Positions 1 to 11,154 of a DNA stretch of 64,000 nt are shown piece by piece. The stretch is from a virus: positions 61,269 to 125,268 of the IMG/VR virus record IMGVR_UViG_3300002307_000001. One strand, given 5' to 3'. Numbering within the stretch: position 1 is the stretch's first letter; each line of letters starts with the position of its first letter. The translations under genes were made by a program, and so were the position numbers. The notes under the pieces were generated by a model. The model saw nothing but the letters and a program-made list of their open reading frames with translations, did not search any database and had not been told where the DNA came from.

Positions 1-1444
1 CTTTACCCCAATTTGGTTTTTGAGCTTTGTTTGAATCAGGACATTTCATAGGATTACCTTGAGCATCCTTACATTTCATTTCATTATCTGCATTTTGGTT
101 ATTGTCATTACTAGGGCTATTCTGTGAATCATCTGCAACATTTGGTGGATTGTTATCCGGGTTATTGACCGGATTGTTTGGGTCAGTACTTGGATTGTAA
201 CCATCTTGATTATCTGAGTTATCAGAACTAAAAGCACTTCTATTAGGATCACCTTGGAAACCTGCATCATTACCTGCTCCTGAAGGGGTATCAGAAGTTA
301 CATTGGGTCTACCATTTGTACCACCATCTTGAAAATTGCCACCCATTGCCATAAACCTAGCTAATGGATGATAAGGATTTACAGTACCATATTGACCACC
401 TGGTTCATAGACTTCTCTACCAGGTGTTATCATACCACCTGTTTCCATAGTTTGGCCTCCATACATATGAGAATGATTAAAATGTTTAGCGTTTCTGGCA
501 AAGTTTGCCATCTGTCTTACATGTGGATCAGGTGAGTGCAATGCTTCTTCAGTTGTTTTCCCTGTACGTTGTTTGTAAGCAGTAAACATTCCTTCATGTG
601 ATTTCTTTATATGGATACCACCCTGTTTCATTCCCGGCATTGGTTGTGCACCTTGTTGCTGCATCTGTTGTTGCTGCATCATAGCTTGCTGATCCTGTGG
701 AGACATTTGTTGCTGCTGCTGCTGTCCTTGTTGTGCTTGTTGCATAGCCATCATCTGTTGGTCTTGTGGACTCATCATCTGTTGACTAGGATCTTGTGGT
801 CCCATCATAGCACCCTGTGGCATTCCTTGTGGCATTCCTTGCCCTTGAGGCTGTCCCTGAGCCTGTGACATGGCTTGCATCATTATCTGCAACTGTTGGG
901 GAGTAAGATGCTTTTTCTTGTGTCCACCTTTATGATGGTGACCACCTTTCTTCATTTCAGTAGACAAATCTTGTAACATTCCACCATCCATACCGGTTCC
1001 TGGATTCATGGCAAATGGATTAACTAGTTGAGCACCAGGTGTTATACCACCAAATGCCATTTGAGTTGGAAGATCTTGTAGATATCCTGAACCATCACCT
1101 GTACCTGGGTACATAGCAAAAGGTGTAGGGTATTCATTATTGCTTACATTAAAAGAAGCATTGCCACCCATACCAAAAACAGGTGCACTACCACCAATAG
1201 GAAAAATGGGACCACCGTTAGCAAAATATGTACCATTGCTATATGTTCCTGAATCACCTGCTGTAGATACCCAACTATCACCATTCCAGTAAGATCCAGC
1301 ATGACCAGAAGCTGCTCCTCCATTTTTCATTGTTTGATTTCCTTTCATATGAGGGTATGCTGCAAAGAAATGTTCTTCAGAAGGATAGCGTTGATAAAAT
1401 TCTTCTTGGGTTTTACAGTTAGTCATTTTCATGAACTTATGCAT
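1..1444 (-). CDS. Internal virion/ejection-type protein, runs off the window start; Gln/Met/Pro-rich linker and repeated xxxGG motifs
   Basis: Not in the ORF track. Manual translation from ATG 1444 (MHKFMKMTNCKTQEEFYQRYPSEEHF...) stays open to the edge and includes IHIKKSHEGMFTAYK...ALHSPDPHVRQMANFARNAKHF, a segment type seen in crAss-like virion proteins. Confidence 0.7.
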   Translation of the reverse strand, partial: MHKFMKMTNCKTQEEFYQRYPSEEHFFAAYPHMKGNQTMKNGGAASGHAGSYWNGDSWVSTAGDSGTYSNGTYFANGGPIFPIGGSAPVFGMGGNASFNVSNNEYPTPFAMYPGTGDGSGYLQDLPTQMAFGGITPGAQLVNPFAMNPGTGMDGGMLQDLSTEMKKGGHHHKGGHKKKHLTPQQLQIMMQAMSQAQGQPQGQGMPQGMPQGAMMGPQDPSQQMMSPQDQQMMAMQQAQQGQQQQQQMSPQDQQAMMQQQQMQQQGAQPMPGMKQGGIHIKKSHEGMFTAYKQRTGKTTEEALHSPDPHVRQMANFARNAKHFNHSHMYGGQTMETGGMITPGREVYEPGGQYGTVNPYHPLARFMAMGGNFQDGGTNGRPNVTSDTPSGAGNDAGFQGDPNRSAFSSDNSDNQDGYNPSTDPNNPVNNPDNNPPNVADDSQNSPSNDNNQNADNEMKCKDAQGNPMKCPDSNKAQKPNWGK

Positions 1445-1496
1445 ATTGTATTAGTTTAGTGCTTATAATAAATTTACTTAATTTTTTTGACTTTTA

Positions 1497-3038
1497 CTAT
1501 TTATATTTATTTAACCAACCAGTTTTACCACCGTATTTATTTTGTTGTCTTATTGTTGGTAATAATTGATCGGGTATTTGATTAGTTTTTCCTTTTTCGG
1601 CATTTATCATTCTTTGAAAAGGTGTTTTTATACCAAAATCTGTATATTGATTAGGAAATTCATATTTTAAATGTTCAGGAGATCTATCTATACCTACATC
1701 AGTCCAAGGAGCATGTTCTCTATTTACTAAATGTTGTGTTTCACCACTTCTTAATTTATAACCTTGTTCAAATAACTCTCCTTTACTATTGGGCCCTTTA
1801 GTAAGAAACATTCTTCCTAATGGTTCATTTCTATTATAAGGTAAAGCTGTATATTCAGATGGTGGTACCTCTATTTGTTTATCCCAGATTCTTCTTTTTG
1901 CTGCAGTAGTTAAGGGTTCTATTTTACCAACGTTATTAGGATTTAGTCCAAAACTTTCTAATATCTGTTGCTCTTTATTTAACTCAGGTATACTTACTAA
2001 TGTAGGCATTCCTGTAGGAGTTTTTGCTTTACCTATAGAAGCTGCAGGAAAGTTACCGGATGTTCTTATTGGTTGTATTGGTTCTATAAAAGAATAAGGA
2101 TAATGTGGGACTACATTACTTTCTCCATATACAGGTTTTAAAGGGGCTTTTTTAAGTTTTGATAACCAATTATTAGCTCCCTCTATTCCTGTTTTACCTA
2201 ATCCATAGGCTAACTCAGTTGCACCCATAATAGCAGTTACATCATTTATTTTTTCAGCAAGACTATTAAACTCAGGATTTCTAGCTAATACAGTAAGTGG
2301 TTTAGTATTTCCTTCACTATCTAAATTCATTTGTTCATAAGCATTTGCTTTAGCAGCTTGATATTCTCTTTCCTCTTTGGGACTTCTTTTTTTAGTTGAA
2401 GTTATTTTAGACTCACCTTTCTTTTTGTAATCTGCATAATTTTTATTTAAAGCCATTTGCTCCGGTGTAAGAGTTTTTAAATTCTCTTTTACTTGCTGCA
2501 TTTGTTGGTACCCTTGTAACATAGTAGGATCCATATCTTGATATGGGGATACCGGTGCACTTGTTTGTGCTTGTCTTAATGCTGCTGATTGAGAAGGTGT
2601 AAATCCTCCTTGTTGGTATTGTTGTAACCATCCACCTTGCATCTTTACAAACCCTCCTTCTTTCATAACAGGTACTTCAAATACTTGTTGGCCGGGAAAT
2701 TGATACTCGCCACCAGGTAGCATGTACTGGTGATTACCATAGTTATCCATACCTATAACTGGATATGGTACATTTTGCATAGTTATCCTACCTGTAGGAA
2801 TTAAGTTGTAAGGGTTGTTTCTATCTGGTGAATCTGCTTTGTAACCTGTAGTAGAATAACCACCTAATTGTTTATGTTCAGCAGCTTTGATCTTCTTTTC
2901 CTGCTGTAACATTTGTTTAGTTGGCTTTTTACCGGAGCCGACATTACCCCTAATGTTATCCCACAAACCTCTTTGTGAGTAAGAACCATCAGCTCTTTTA
3001 ATCATACCACCTTCTCTATACTGATTTAACCAGTCCAT
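1497..3038 (-). CDS. Putative internal virion (cargo) protein
   Basis: 513 aa; MIKRADGSYSQRGLWDNIR, ITMQNVPYPV...MLPGGEYQFPG and GWLxxY motifs; lies downstream of the tail genes. Confidence 0.6.
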   Translation of the reverse strand: MDWLNQYREGGMIKRADGSYSQRGLWDNIRGNVGSGKKPTKQMLQQEKKIKAAEHKQLGGYSTTGYKADSPDRNNPYNLIPTGRITMQNVPYPVIGMDNYGNHQYMLPGGEYQFPGQQVFEVPVMKEGGFVKMQGGWLQQYQQGGFTPSQSAALRQAQTSAPVSPYQDMDPTMLQGYQQMQQVKENLKTLTPEQMALNKNYADYKKKGESKITSTKKRSPKEEREYQAAKANAYEQMNLDSEGNTKPLTVLARNPEFNSLAEKINDVTAIMGATELAYGLGKTGIEGANNWLSKLKKAPLKPVYGESNVVPHYPYSFIEPIQPIRTSGNFPAASIGKAKTPTGMPTLVSIPELNKEQQILESFGLNPNNVGKIEPLTTAAKRRIWDKQIEVPPSEYTALPYNRNEPLGRMFLTKGPNSKGELFEQGYKLRSGETQHLVNREHAPWTDVGIDRSPEHLKYEFPNQYTDFGIKTPFQRMINAEKGKTNQIPDQLLPTIRQQNKYGGKTGWLNKYK

Positions 3039-3122
3039 TATATAAACTATTAGTAATTAGATATTATAAAACGTCTATTAAAACTTTTTAGAAATATTCT
3101 ACAAAGCTTCTTTAACATTCTT

Positions 3123-3569
3123 TTATTTAAAAGTATTGAAGTACTTAGCTTTTGCAAATGCACCTTGTAAGTTAGAAGCTAAGTTACAAAGTTCTTCAAG
3201 ATGTCTTTGTTCTGCATAGTCACATAAAGCAACTGTAAATTGAAAACCTTCTTCCAACATCTTGGCTACTGTTTCTTCACTAAATGGTTCAATAGCTTCA
3301 CTAGTTATACCAGAGAATCTTTTTGGGGCCTGTACACCAAGTAAGTATTCAGCTATTGCATCTTTACTTTCTACAAGTTCTGTGTACAATTCATTCAACA
3401 TACTATGCTGTGCAAAGCTTGTAGTTTGCAAATGGTAAAAATGTGCCTTACTATGTAAGTTAAACAACTTGCTTACTATTGATTCAGGAGTCATTCCTGC
3501 TACCATTCCCATACTCATTGGTATTGTGGTAGACATTGGAGAAAACGGTGTATTCTTTTTTAGTTGCAT
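3123..3569 (-). CDS. Ferritin/Dps-like four-helix bundle protein (DUF5856-like)
   Basis: AHFYHLQTTSFAQHSMLNELY...D.IAE motif. Confidence 0.75.
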   Translation of the reverse strand: MQLKKNTPFSPMSTTIPMSMGMVAGMTPESIVSKLFNLHSKAHFYHLQTTSFAQHSMLNELYTELVESKDAIAEYLLGVQAPKRFSGITSEAIEPFSEETVAKMLEEGFQFTVALCDYAEQRHLEELCNLASNLQGAFAKAKYFNTFK

Positions 3570-3671
3570 TTTAGTTTTCTATTTGTTCAGTTGTTAATAT
3601 ATATTCTACTATACTCAAGATTTCATCAACAGTTATCATATCTGGTCTGTATATTGTAAAATCTATTTTTA

Positions 3672-6600
3672 TCATCTTGGTGATATTTGGTTCTTTGTGT
3701 TTGCGTACCTTATTGTGAGGCTATTAGTACCCAACATTGTTTTTCGCATAAAAATACGAGTACCTGTATATCTCATTCTCTTTTGTTGATTCCATGGTTT
3801 TGATAAGTTAAAATATGCAGTATTAGTACTAAAAGTATAACCATCAGGATTAGTAGTTATCATAGGTGTATTACCCAATGGTGCAGGAGAAGATGGTGCT
3901 GCCCTGTTTGCAGTAAAGTCATAAAAATCATTTATACGATATTTATTCTCAACTTTTTGATACAATACCTCTCTTGTAGATCCTATAAAATTGGGATATT
4001 GTAATGCAGCATATGGGTCATCCCATGGTTTTAATACCATTTTTTGTATAGTACTATTTTGCTCTTTGTTGTGCACCATTATGTAATCAAATGATTGGTC
4101 ATAGTTCAAAAACTTATCAACACCATTAGGTGCATACTGGTAACTCTCTAAAAGCCATTCAACACTTTGTAAGATAGTTTCACTTACTTGTGTATTGGTA
4201 TAATACTCTATCTCTACAGGATAATTCTGATTATAGAAATTAGCAAATAATTGTGTAGTATTGTTATGTCTCCATAACTGACCAGATAGACCATTAGTAG
4301 TAAAGAAATGGTTTTTAGAAGGTACATGTAATGATGGACTCCAATCATGCCAGCTTATAAACTCTTTTCTTACACAATCATAAGAAAGAGTCCATCCTGC
4401 ATTATCAAAGTAATTAGGATCACCAAAATTGACAATTGTACCCGGACATGATGATATACTACCAAATACTATACCACATGGTAAACATAAAATAGCATTA
4501 GGATTTGTATTACCTGTATAATAAGTATTAGGGGGGCATGGTCCTAAATACCATTGACCATTTGAATAATTTACAGTTTGACCAGGCTTTGGTACATAAT
4601 CCTTTTTTGATATATACAGTATTTGATAAACACTATCATATATAAGTTGACAACCTATACCTGATACAGGATTATCTATAAGAGGATAATTAGGGAAACT
4701 TGTTAATAACTGAGATGGTAGATACTTAAGTAAATGGTATTTTAAACCACCTGTTTCACCTATATCAGTAAGTTGACCATGCAATAGATTAAATATTTTA
4801 CCTGTTTTTTGTGATATCCAAAATGCACCATGAGGTGTATTAATTATACCTAATCTACTTTGACAAGATGCATATTCATATGAATCATCTATATTATTTA
4901 ATGATTGTAGTGTTTGTTGAAATAGTAAACCTGTACCTACACTATACTCTGTACCACTTTTACTAGGAATAGATTCTACACCGGCAAACATCATAGGAGA
5001 ACTACTTTCCATTAAGAAAATAGCACCTGTTTTATGTAAATCTTTTATAGCATATACACGATCATTAAAATCTTTATAGTTGTTAGGTAAAAAAATCTTC
5101 CAGTTATCTTGCATCTGCTCTTCTTCTTGTGGTAAAGAATAAGCTACTCTACGTGGGTAATAAGCAAAACAACTATATGCTAATACAGGATCATAGTCTC
5201 TTCTTAAACATGAACCCCATGATATAAACTGATTAATAAATCTACTAGCAGATAAAGAGTAATCATATTTATAAAAAATATTACTTTTTATAACATCACT
5301 TCTAAACATTTCTCTTATAAAATCTCTTGATGACCTGTAAGGATCATAAAACATTTTTGAAACACTATCTTCCCAATCTCTATAACCAACATTAATAGAA
5401 CTTTCAACAAAAAAGTCTCTAACACCATTACAGAATAAATAAAAGAAACCTGTTTTTACATAAAATAAACTTGAAAAATTAAAAGCAGTAGCAGCAGCAA
5501 AAGTAAAAGTATTTAATGGACCATCTAATCTTCTGTTGTAAGAAGCTATATTTAAAAGACTACTTGAAACAACATCATTATTTATCCAATACATAGGATA
5601 TGGTACATTCATGTAGTTTCTATAATCATATTTAAAATCATCAGGGGCATTTACCAACCAGTCATTAAAGAACATAAAAGGGTTCTTTTCTGTATACCGG
5701 TTAATATAAGTATCTCCACTAAATATTACATTTGATGTAAATGCTGTAGTACTCGGTATTGTTTGTTGTGTACAACCTATAGGTATTTGTTTAGTACTAT
5801 CTATTTGTCCATATTGTGTCAATTGAGGGATTCTATATGTACCATAATATGATCCTATATTCTTACTAAACCAATTACCTAATGGTAATTGATTGTGTTC
5901 ATCACCAAAATTACTAAGATTAAATCTACTTTTATCATCTCCATAATAAGGTGGAATTTCATCTGATTTTAATAAAACATAATTATTTCTATAAAGATTA
6001 TTTACAGTCAATCCCCCAAAACTTTGTATCTTGTCCTTTATATACTGGTAATCATATATCGTAAAAGTAGATTTTTGAATAGGTTTTGGTGTATTGTAAT
6101 AACCCCATGAATTATATTGTGCACTATATTGTCTTAGGGGAATTAGTCCTTTTATTATAGTAAGAAATTGTTCACTAAATATTTTCATTTGCAAAGGAAG
6201 AAATGCAATTAAAAATGCACCGGCAATAAGACCAGTAGCTATTTTTACACCTGTAGATACATCTGTACCTGCAAGCGTTAATGAGTAATTATTTTGACTA
6301 AATAAAGAACTAGACATTGGAACTGATTCAGTTGCAGCTAGTGTTATATCAGGAAGATTGCCACCTTGAAGAGCTTTTACAATATTTACAGCTTGTATAA
6401 CACTGTTAAATAATGATAAAGCAGTACTTAACCAACTATCAAAATTAGTAAGTACTTTAAACATTGGATGCTTCCAAGGAGTTTCAAATAAACCATTACT
6501 TTTACCGTTTACGGTCATTACTAGTTCTAATTTACCTGAACCAAGATAAGGTTGATTAAAAGCCGTATCAGGTGAGTGAAAAGAAAACATGTTTTTTTGA

Positions 6601-8468
6601 AATCCTCCATTATCATAATCAGGTATAGGATCTCTAAAACCATTACCTGCTTCTCCTTGTTTTATATTATCATAATTTTTTGTAAGAAATACATCTATTC
6701 CTAAATCATTATATGGGTAGTTAGCATGAATTTGTGGAGTAAAAACATCGCTACCGTTATAAGTACCATGTTCATAAACTAATTTCATATTATTAACCAT
6801 ACCTTTAGCAAGTATGCTTTGGTTACCATCTCTTGATGATCTTAGTATTTCATATCCTACTATATCTTTTATTAAATTACCATTATTATCAACAGGTGAT
6901 GCTATATTATCAAAATACAATCCTAATACAGATATTGTACTAGGTGTACCTGCAGCAGGTGCTCCATTAGGGTTAAAATGAGATAATGTTGTACCACCAA
7001 AAGTTGACTGATCTGGCATCTGGTGATGCATTATTTTTTGACCACAAAGATTATTTCCCCATACTGTAGGACTACGGTCTGGATATCTTTCATTAGAAAC
7101 ATAAACACCTGTTCTACCATGAGCAATTGTACTTATTGAACCAGATATAGTTGGTCCACCTACTGCATAACTAATCCATGAACCAGGTGCAGTAGGTACA
7201 TCTCTTGATGGTATATGGTATGATGCACTTTTATCACCAGTATTATATACCCATCTAATGTATAATGAATATACCTCACCTCTAAGATAACCTACATTCA
7301 TACCATAGTTATTACCACCTACTTGATAATAATTTTCAGGGTATTCAACAGCTATCCACCATGTTCTTATCTGATTAGCAAGTATCTGGTAATTAAAATC
7401 AGGTCTTTCTTTTGGACCAACTCTAGTTAAATAATTAGAAATACCAAATATAGCATCACTACTTACAATTGCAGGTGATGATAATGGTAGTTTTTCTAAA
7501 GGTATATTTGGTAAAGTAATATCAATATTGTCAATAGTAATCTTACTTTGATTTGTAGAATATATTCCTAATCTTTTAGCTTGTACTTGTTGATTTACCA
7601 TAGATACAACAACTACTTCCATTTCTGTAAAACGAATTTTAGTATTGTTACTAATACCTTCTATTGTAAGATCAATACAACCCCCATTATTAAGATGTGT
7701 AAAGGTTGAATATACATCGGAAAAAGCAAGATAATCAGTACATTTAATACTATTAATAGCATATGCTATACATACCTGGTATGAACCATTTGGTAGTAAA
7801 CCCCCACTTGTTGATTTTGATAATTTTAAACAAGGTATATCTAGCAATGGTGCTATTCGTAATTGTTGTATATCTATTTTATTGGTATTGTTACATACAA
7901 GACAAGCTGATATTGTTAAGCAATTCTGTATCCAAGGGTTAGGAAATGTTTTAGGTGTAGTTATTGCACCTATTGTCCATGGGCAAGTTGCTGTATTTAA
8001 TACTCTATCTGGGTTTAATCCACCATCAGACCAGTATACATCATAACCACAATCATACCCCCTTCTTGATGTACCGGTAATAAGATTTGTAGTTTTAAAT
8101 CCAAGACCTGTCAAACCTGCAGTTAATGTTGCAGCATCATTCATTAATGTAGTATAACTATTAGTAGCATCTACAAAAATACCAATCTCAGAAATAGTAT
8201 TATTAGTACTAAATACTATCCACTGATCATCTGATAAATATATAAATCCAATAGGAGTATATGGTATTGTTGCTGATCTAATATTAGCAGGTTCTGCACT
8301 TTTACCATATAATTGCCCATCTCCTAACATATTTACCATATTTCTTGCATGGGTATATGTATCACTCTTTTTATATAAGTCAAGAGGATCCTTAACCATT
8401 CCACCTGTAAAGGTGTTAGTTGTTCCTGATTGTTGAGACGGTGCTCCTTGTTGATCTTGTTGTGCCAT
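3672..8468 (-). CDS. Tail stabilization (muzzle) protein, crAss-type
   Basis: 1598 aa; NTFTGGMVKD N-terminus, YLRGEVYS.YIRWVY.TG..S..YHIP, GDTYINRY, WTLSYD...FISWHDW; follows the ring protein genes. Confidence 0.85.
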   Translation of the reverse strand: MAQQDQQGAPSQQSGTTNTFTGGMVKDPLDLYKKSDTYTHARNMVNMLGDGQLYGKSAEPANIRSATIPYTPIGFIYLSDDQWIVFSTNNTISEIGIFVDATNSYTTLMNDAATLTAGLTGLGFKTTNLITGTSRRGYDCGYDVYWSDGGLNPDRVLNTATCPWTIGAITTPKTFPNPWIQNCLTISACLVCNNTNKIDIQQLRIAPLLDIPCLKLSKSTSGGLLPNGSYQVCIAYAINSIKCTDYLAFSDVYSTFTHLNNGGCIDLTIEGISNNTKIRFTEMEVVVVSMVNQQVQAKRLGIYSTNQSKITIDNIDITLPNIPLEKLPLSSPAIVSSDAIFGISNYLTRVGPKERPDFNYQILANQIRTWWIAVEYPENYYQVGGNNYGMNVGYLRGEVYSLYIRWVYNTGDKSASYHIPSRDVPTAPGSWISYAVGGPTISGSISTIAHGRTGVYVSNERYPDRSPTVWGNNLCGQKIMHHQMPDQSTFGGTTLSHFNPNGAPAAGTPSTISVLGLYFDNIASPVDNNGNLIKDIVGYEILRSSRDGNQSILAKGMVNNMKLVYEHGTYNGSDVFTPQIHANYPYNDLGIDVFLTKNYDNIKQGEAGNGFRDPIPDYDNGGFQKNMFSFHSPDTAFNQPYLGSGKLELVMTVNGKSNGLFETPWKHPMFKVLTNFDSWLSTALSLFNSVIQAVNIVKALQGGNLPDITLAATESVPMSSSLFSQNNYSLTLAGTDVSTGVKIATGLIAGAFLIAFLPLQMKIFSEQFLTIIKGLIPLRQYSAQYNSWGYYNTPKPIQKSTFTIYDYQYIKDKIQSFGGLTVNNLYRNNYVLLKSDEIPPYYGDDKSRFNLSNFGDEHNQLPLGNWFSKNIGSYYGTYRIPQLTQYGQIDSTKQIPIGCTQQTIPSTTAFTSNVIFSGDTYINRYTEKNPFMFFNDWLVNAPDDFKYDYRNYMNVPYPMYWINNDVVSSSLLNIASYNRRLDGPLNTFTFAAATAFNFSSLFYVKTGFFYLFCNGVRDFFVESSINVGYRDWEDSVSKMFYDPYRSSRDFIREMFRSDVIKSNIFYKYDYSLSASRFINQFISWGSCLRRDYDPVLAYSCFAYYPRRVAYSLPQEEEQMQDNWKIFLPNNYKDFNDRVYAIKDLHKTGAIFLMESSSPMMFAGVESIPSKSGTEYSVGTGLLFQQTLQSLNNIDDSYEYASCQSRLGIINTPHGAFWISQKTGKIFNLLHGQLTDIGETGGLKYHLLKYLPSQLLTSFPNYPLIDNPVSGIGCQLIYDSVYQILYISKKDYVPKPGQTVNYSNGQWYLGPCPPNTYYTGNTNPNAILCLPCGIVFGSISSCPGTIVNFGDPNYFDNAGWTLSYDCVRKEFISWHDWSPSLHVPSKNHFFTTNGLSGQLWRHNNTTQLFANFYNQNYPVEIEYYTNTQVSETILQSVEWLLESYQYAPNGVDKFLNYDQSFDYIMVHNKEQNSTIQKMVLKPWDDPYAALQYPNFIGSTREVLYQKVENKYRINDFYDFTANRAAPSSPAPLGNTPMITTNPDGYTFSTNTAYFNLSKPWNQQKRMRYTGTRIFMRKTMLGTNSLTIRYANTKNQISPR

Positions 8469-9688
8469 TATATATATTCTGAATTAATCGACCAGGGCCA
8501 GCCTGGAGTATTGGCATAAAGTGAACTAAATGGATGCATGTATTTATGGTATTGTGCTCTTCTGTTCATTTCAATTGTGGACTTTAATTCATAAAAGTCC
8601 GGCATAGTAGCTATTGACAATGCTTCGGCTCTTGCTGTTTTTAACTCAGTTTTTACCATCTGCAATCTTCTTTCCATATCCGGTTCACCATTAAGATAAA
8701 TATTTTCAAAGATACGAGCTTTCATTGCCCATTCATAATACTCATTAATCTTAGGATGATCTAATACCATTAAGTTACCATCTGCATCTTCCATTGCACC
8801 AAGATAACAAATATACACTCTTGCATGACCATTATTACCATTATCCCTCATAGTAGGGATATAGATATGCCCATTTTGAATATGGCCCTGATGTGGAGTA
8901 TTTCTAAATTGAGTATTAATACAAAATGCACTAGCTTCTTTACTTGGTACCATTTGTATCTGCTCAAACTGATCATATCTCCTTACCTGATTAGAATGAT
9001 ACTCAATTACATTAACATTCATTGTACCATTACATGTAGTAAACACTCTGTTTTGATTCCAAGGATCTGTATCAATACTATCACATGTATCGGTATTACT
9101 AGTATCACATGCACAATTATCTGGCAATGTACAAGATAATTGACCTGTAGTAGGTATATTATAGCAAAATGTACTTGTAGATATTTGAAGTTGTTGTGCA
9201 GTATCTATAGATGTTGCACATATATTAGTAGTACTGTTAGCAGGAAAAGTTATTATTTGTGGTGTACCTGAGCAATCAATATATTTAGTAGTTACTGTAT
9301 CTGGTTGAATATTATCAATTTTCCAACAAGGACATGTGGTAAGTTGAGGTATGCTATTTGGATTCTGTACTGGTGTTACTCTATTTTCACTTTGTATCCC
9401 ATTAAATAATCCTGACTCTACAACATTATAATGATGACATAATAAAGCATGATTGAGTATATAAAAATCAGCCGGCAATTTTGCACGACCAAATTCAACA
9501 TCTAGTAAAGTTTCCTTAGTACCATGTATCTTTAACCCTAGTTCATAGTTTACTCTTTGAGCAACTTTTATAAGTTGTCCAGGTTCAATCATTCCCTCTC
9601 TTGCAAAAGAAGATAGATCAAGATTGACTTCATCCATAAGTTCATCAAACTTGCGAAACTTTAGTTCTTTTAATGTAGGACTAGCCAT
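8468..9688 (-). CDS. Tail tubular/ring protein with a Cys-rich insertion
   Basis: AKLPADF and YLGAMEDADGNLMVLDHPKINEYYEWA motifs; directly upstream of the stabilization protein. Confidence 0.7.
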   Translation of the reverse strand: MASPTLKELKFRKFDELMDEVNLDLSSFAREGMIEPGQLIKVAQRVNYELGLKIHGTKETLLDVEFGRAKLPADFYILNHALLCHHYNVVESGLFNGIQSENRVTPVQNPNSIPQLTTCPCWKIDNIQPDTVTTKYIDCSGTPQIITFPANSTTNICATSIDTAQQLQISTSTFCYNIPTTGQLSCTLPDNCACDTSNTDTCDSIDTDPWNQNRVFTTCNGTMNVNVIEYHSNQVRRYDQFEQIQMVPSKEASAFCINTQFRNTPHQGHIQNGHIYIPTMRDNGNNGHARVYICYLGAMEDADGNLMVLDHPKINEYYEWAMKARIFENIYLNGEPDMERRLQMVKTELKTARAEALSIATMPDFYELKSTIEMNRRAQYHKYMHPFSSLYANTPGWPWSINSEYI

Positions 9689-9690
9689 TG

Positions 9691-10374
9691 TTAACGTAGT
9701 TGATTTTTGTTGTCGTGAGCATCATCTTCAGGTACCTGTAATTGAAATGTAAGATCTTTTAATATATTAGCTTCTATTTCACTAAGGATAAAATCAGGTA
9801 CATTTAAAGAATGGCATTGTCTTGTTTCACATTTTTGATCATAGTCGCACTTGAATGCACTAATATCTTCCTCAACCATTGCATCTATTCTTACAGCCGG
9901 CCAGTCAATATTAGGAAAATACAAATGGTCATTTAGATACCATGCATATTTTTGTTTGTTAAATCGAAAATTTTTACTTTTTGATATATAGTTGTATTCA
10001 TCTGGAGTAGTTAGCTTTATTAATTCACTACCATCAAGAGATGTAATACTTCTAATCATTGGTCCATATATACCTTCTGTAAACACTGGTATAGTTAAAC
10101 AAGTTCGTTGTATAGTACTATAACTTCTAGGCCCAACTCCACATTGAGATGCTTCCACTTTATCAATAGTTTGAAGTTTTACAAAATCAAGACTTTCAAA
10201 AATAGAAGCAAATGCAGTAAGTCTTTTAGTTTGATCTAACCTTTTTATAGAAAGAGCAGCATGTTTTTTAAACAAACTATACAACATTCTATCAGTCAGG
10301 AAACTATCCTGTCTAACAGCTTTAAGTTGCCCTCTTAGCCTACTTGTAACATCTCCTATAATAGTTTTAGACAT
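9691..10374 (-). CDS. Tail ring/adaptor structural protein
   Basis: 227 aa; IRSITSLDGS, YAWYLNDHLYFPN, C-terminal PEDDAHDN; crAss-like synteny. Confidence 0.65.
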   Translation of the reverse strand: MSKTIIGDVTSRLRGQLKAVRQDSFLTDRMLYSLFKKHAALSIKRLDQTKRLTAFASIFESLDFVKLQTIDKVEASQCGVGPRSYSTIQRTCLTIPVFTEGIYGPMIRSITSLDGSELIKLTTPDEYNYISKSKNFRFNKQKYAWYLNDHLYFPNIDWPAVRIDAMVEEDISAFKCDYDQKCETRQCHSLNVPDFILSEIEANILKDLTFQLQVPEDDAHDNKNQLR

Positions 10375-10383
10375 ATAAATTTT

Positions 10384-11013
10384 TTATATTGCAAACTCAT
10401 CATGGTTTTCAAGTCTTATTTGTTTATTAATTTGACTTGCTTTTTTTGCAGTTTTTACTTTTTGTTTCCTAAACAAGTGAGCAATGTGTTGTTTTGATGT
10501 AAATAAAATATACTTTTTGTAACCGGCTTCTTTTTTAAACTCTGCAGCTAATGCTCTTGAAAGATGTCTAGCAGCATTAAAACACCACATGTGATGATTA
10601 TCAAACATGTGATTATCTAACTCATTACTATATCTTATTTTACCTATATACTGATCGCTTTCATTATTTTGATGTGGTATTATCTTTCCCTGTCTTAGTG
10701 CATTAAAATCTATATTATTGGCAATTGTCTCACTTGATAGTTTAACAGCACCTGCTACTATTATACCAAGACCATCTGATAATCTTACACCATTTCTATT
10801 ATTTAATACCTCTTGTGCAATTCTTTTATTAAAAAACTCTATACAATTAGCTATCTCACTATTTGTATATTGTTCTAACTCAGGATATTGTTTTTTTATA
10901 GCAATATAAAAATCAACATTCCTTTTATTGAGTATATCAAACTCAACTTTAACAAATCTAGGAGCATGTGGATCAGGTGGTTTGACCTGTCTTTTTGGTT
11001 GCGTAGTTTCCAT
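10384..11013 (-). CDS. HU/IHF-like protein of the crAss tail module
   Basis: IAQEVLNNRNGVRLSDGLGII pattern; position before the ring protein genes. Confidence 0.6.
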   Translation of the reverse strand: METTQPKRQVKPPDPHAPRFVKVEFDILNKRNVDFYIAIKKQYPELEQYTNSEIANCIEFFNKRIAQEVLNNRNGVRLSDGLGIIVAGAVKLSSETIANNIDFNALRQGKIIPHQNNESDQYIGKIRYSNELDNHMFDNHHMWCFNAARHLSRALAAEFKKEAGYKKYILFTSKQHIAHLFRKQKVKTAKKASQINKQIRLENHDEFAI

Positions 11014-11154
11014 CCTAGTTTAAATATACGAATAAACCCCGATTGTGCAAAGAGGTCTCACAAATAAACATTTTTTGTGTAAAAATAAAAAAAAACAGGA
11101 CCTCCTAAGAGGATCCCTGCAGTGATGGAACCAACAACACCAGCTATTTAAAAA

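Noticed and set aside
611-868. Leu/His-rich plus-strand ORF and other short antisense ORFs in the track
   Set aside because: Antisense shadows of real genes, here the Gln-rich region of the 1-1444 gene.
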